Assembly: GCA_008369845.1 (NCBI GenBank)
Contig: MRSU01001977.1
Span: 1-64,000 of the forward strand
DNA length: 64,000 bases
Source: Trichomonas gallinae
Taxonomy: Eukaryota
Direction: 5' to 3'
Positions 63,036 to 64,000 of this stretch are shown here, piece by piece (position 1 is the stretch's first letter; each line of letters starts with the position of its first letter). The notes below the pieces were generated by a model, which saw only the letters and a program-made list of their open reading frames with translations, had not been told where the DNA came from and ran no database searches. The translations under genes and the position numbers were made by a program.

Positions 63036-64000
63036 ATGAAATTAGGTAACATTGTTAAAGTCATACAGCTTGTGACTCTTGTTTTAAGCTGTTTGCTTGC
63101 TTTCCTTATTCGCCAATTTGCAAACATTATTAATGAACCAATTATTCACGAATTCGATCCGCATTTCAACTGGAGATGCACACAATACATTGACAAGCAT
63201 GGCTTATACGAATTTCTTGGATGGTTCGATAATATTTCATGGTATCCACTCGGCAGACCTGTTGGTGAGACAGCTTATCCAGGCCTTATGTACACATCCG
63301 CAATAATCAAATGGTCTCTTCAGAAAATTCACATTATCATCGACCTGAGGACTATCTGCGTTTTTATGGGCCCAACAGTCAGCATTTTGTCCGTTTTAAC
63401 TGCTTTCTTGTTCGGGCAACTTATTGGCTCTTCTCAGCTCGGAACTCTCTTCGCTGCAATCACTAGTTTCATTCCTGGTATGATCAGCCGCAGTGTTGGT
63501 GGCGCTTATGACTACGAATGCATCTCCTTATTCATCGTCGTTTTCTGCGTTTACACATTCGCTCTTGCACTTAAGTCCGCATCTATTTTACTCTCAACAC
63601 TCGCCGCGTTTGCTTATGCTTATCTCGCGCTCACTTGGGGTGGGTATGTTTTCGTGTCGAACTGCATTCCATTATTTGTCGCCGGCCTTGTTGCCATTGG
63701 ACGCTACTCATGGCGCCTTCACATAACATACTCAATTTGGGCCCTCTTTGGCACAATTCTTACAGCTCAGATTCCATTTATTGGTGACAAGATTCTCAAG
63801 AAGCCAGAGCACTTCGCACTCCTTGGTACATTCATTGCCATGCAGATTTGGGGCTTCTTCACATTCCTCAAACTCAAATTCTCTCTCCCAACATTTAATT
63901 CTGTTGGTGTTGGCTCAATTCTCGTTCTTCCAGCATTCCTCCTTCTTATGCTTACAGTTGGTATATCTACAGGCCTTCTCGGTGGTTTCTCTGGCCGTTT
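63036..64000 (+). CDS. STT3: Oligosaccharyltransferase catalytic subunit STT3 (5' part; truncated by window end)
   Basis: My translation from ATG 63036: MKLGNIVKVIQ...IIHEFDPHFNWR...WFDNISWYPLGRPVGETAYPGLM...ISRSVGGAYDYE, which are hallmark STT3 motifs. Confidence 0.95.
   Translation, partial: MKLGNIVKVIQLVTLVLSCLLAFLIRQFANIINEPIIHEFDPHFNWRCTQYIDKHGLYEFLGWFDNISWYPLGRPVGETAYPGLMYTSAIIKWSLQKIHIIIDLRTICVFMGPTVSILSVLTAFLFGQLIGSSQLGTLFAAITSFIPGMISRSVGGAYDYECISLFIVVFCVYTFALALKSASILLSTLAAFAYAYLALTWGGYVFVSNCIPLFVAGLVAIGRYSWRLHITYSIWALFGTILTAQIPFIGDKILKKPEHFALLGTFIAMQIWGFFTFLKLKFSLPTFNSVGVGSILVLPAFLLLMLTVGISTGLLGGFSGR

Noticed and set aside
1..64000. Stop-codon reassignment or an autonomous transposon/virus (Maverick, mariner, MULE)
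   Set aside because: TAA, TAG and TGA all terminate genes at plausible ends and long ORFs read cleanly in the standard code; no transposase, integrase, polB or capsid motifs were seen.

Overview
Gene-dense, AT-rich eukaryotic DNA with long uninterrupted ORFs and short intergenic regions. Several features point to a parabasalid protist (Trichomonas-like): TCAYT initiator-like and AAAGTGAC motifs close to ATGs, mostly TAA stops, and typical expanded families (R2R3 Myb, Rab, TBC, LRR-PP2C, PIKK). That assignment is inference. I call 26 protein genes. They include a tail-to-tail ATM/TOR kinase pair, a PP2A/4/6-family phosphatase, a TBC Rab-GAP, Fes1/HspBP1, a SHIPPO-repeat protein, Myb, a USP7-like protease, LRR-PP2C, a phospholipase-B-like protein, a Rab, RAB3GAP2, Tudor-SN, a VPS9 protein, and STT3 (runs off the right edge and is missing from the ORF track). 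Several ORF-track starts are TTG/GTG and were moved to the first plausible ATG. I found no tRNA, rRNA, CRISPR array or autonomous transposon. The most unusual signals are non-coding: a ~119-bp-period array of alternating inverted half-units (27.2-27.7 kb); a start-less, codon-biased gene fragment bracketed by ~40-bp inverted repeats (57.4-57.7 kb); a dispersed TGACA/TGTCA-rich repeat family upstream of many genes; and further ~111-126-bp tandem repeats. Protein-level oddities are a probably inactive PLB-like hydrolase, a phosphatase lacking the C-terminal Leu, a TOR lacking the regulatory insert, and a degenerate Tudor cage. All alignments were done by eye.
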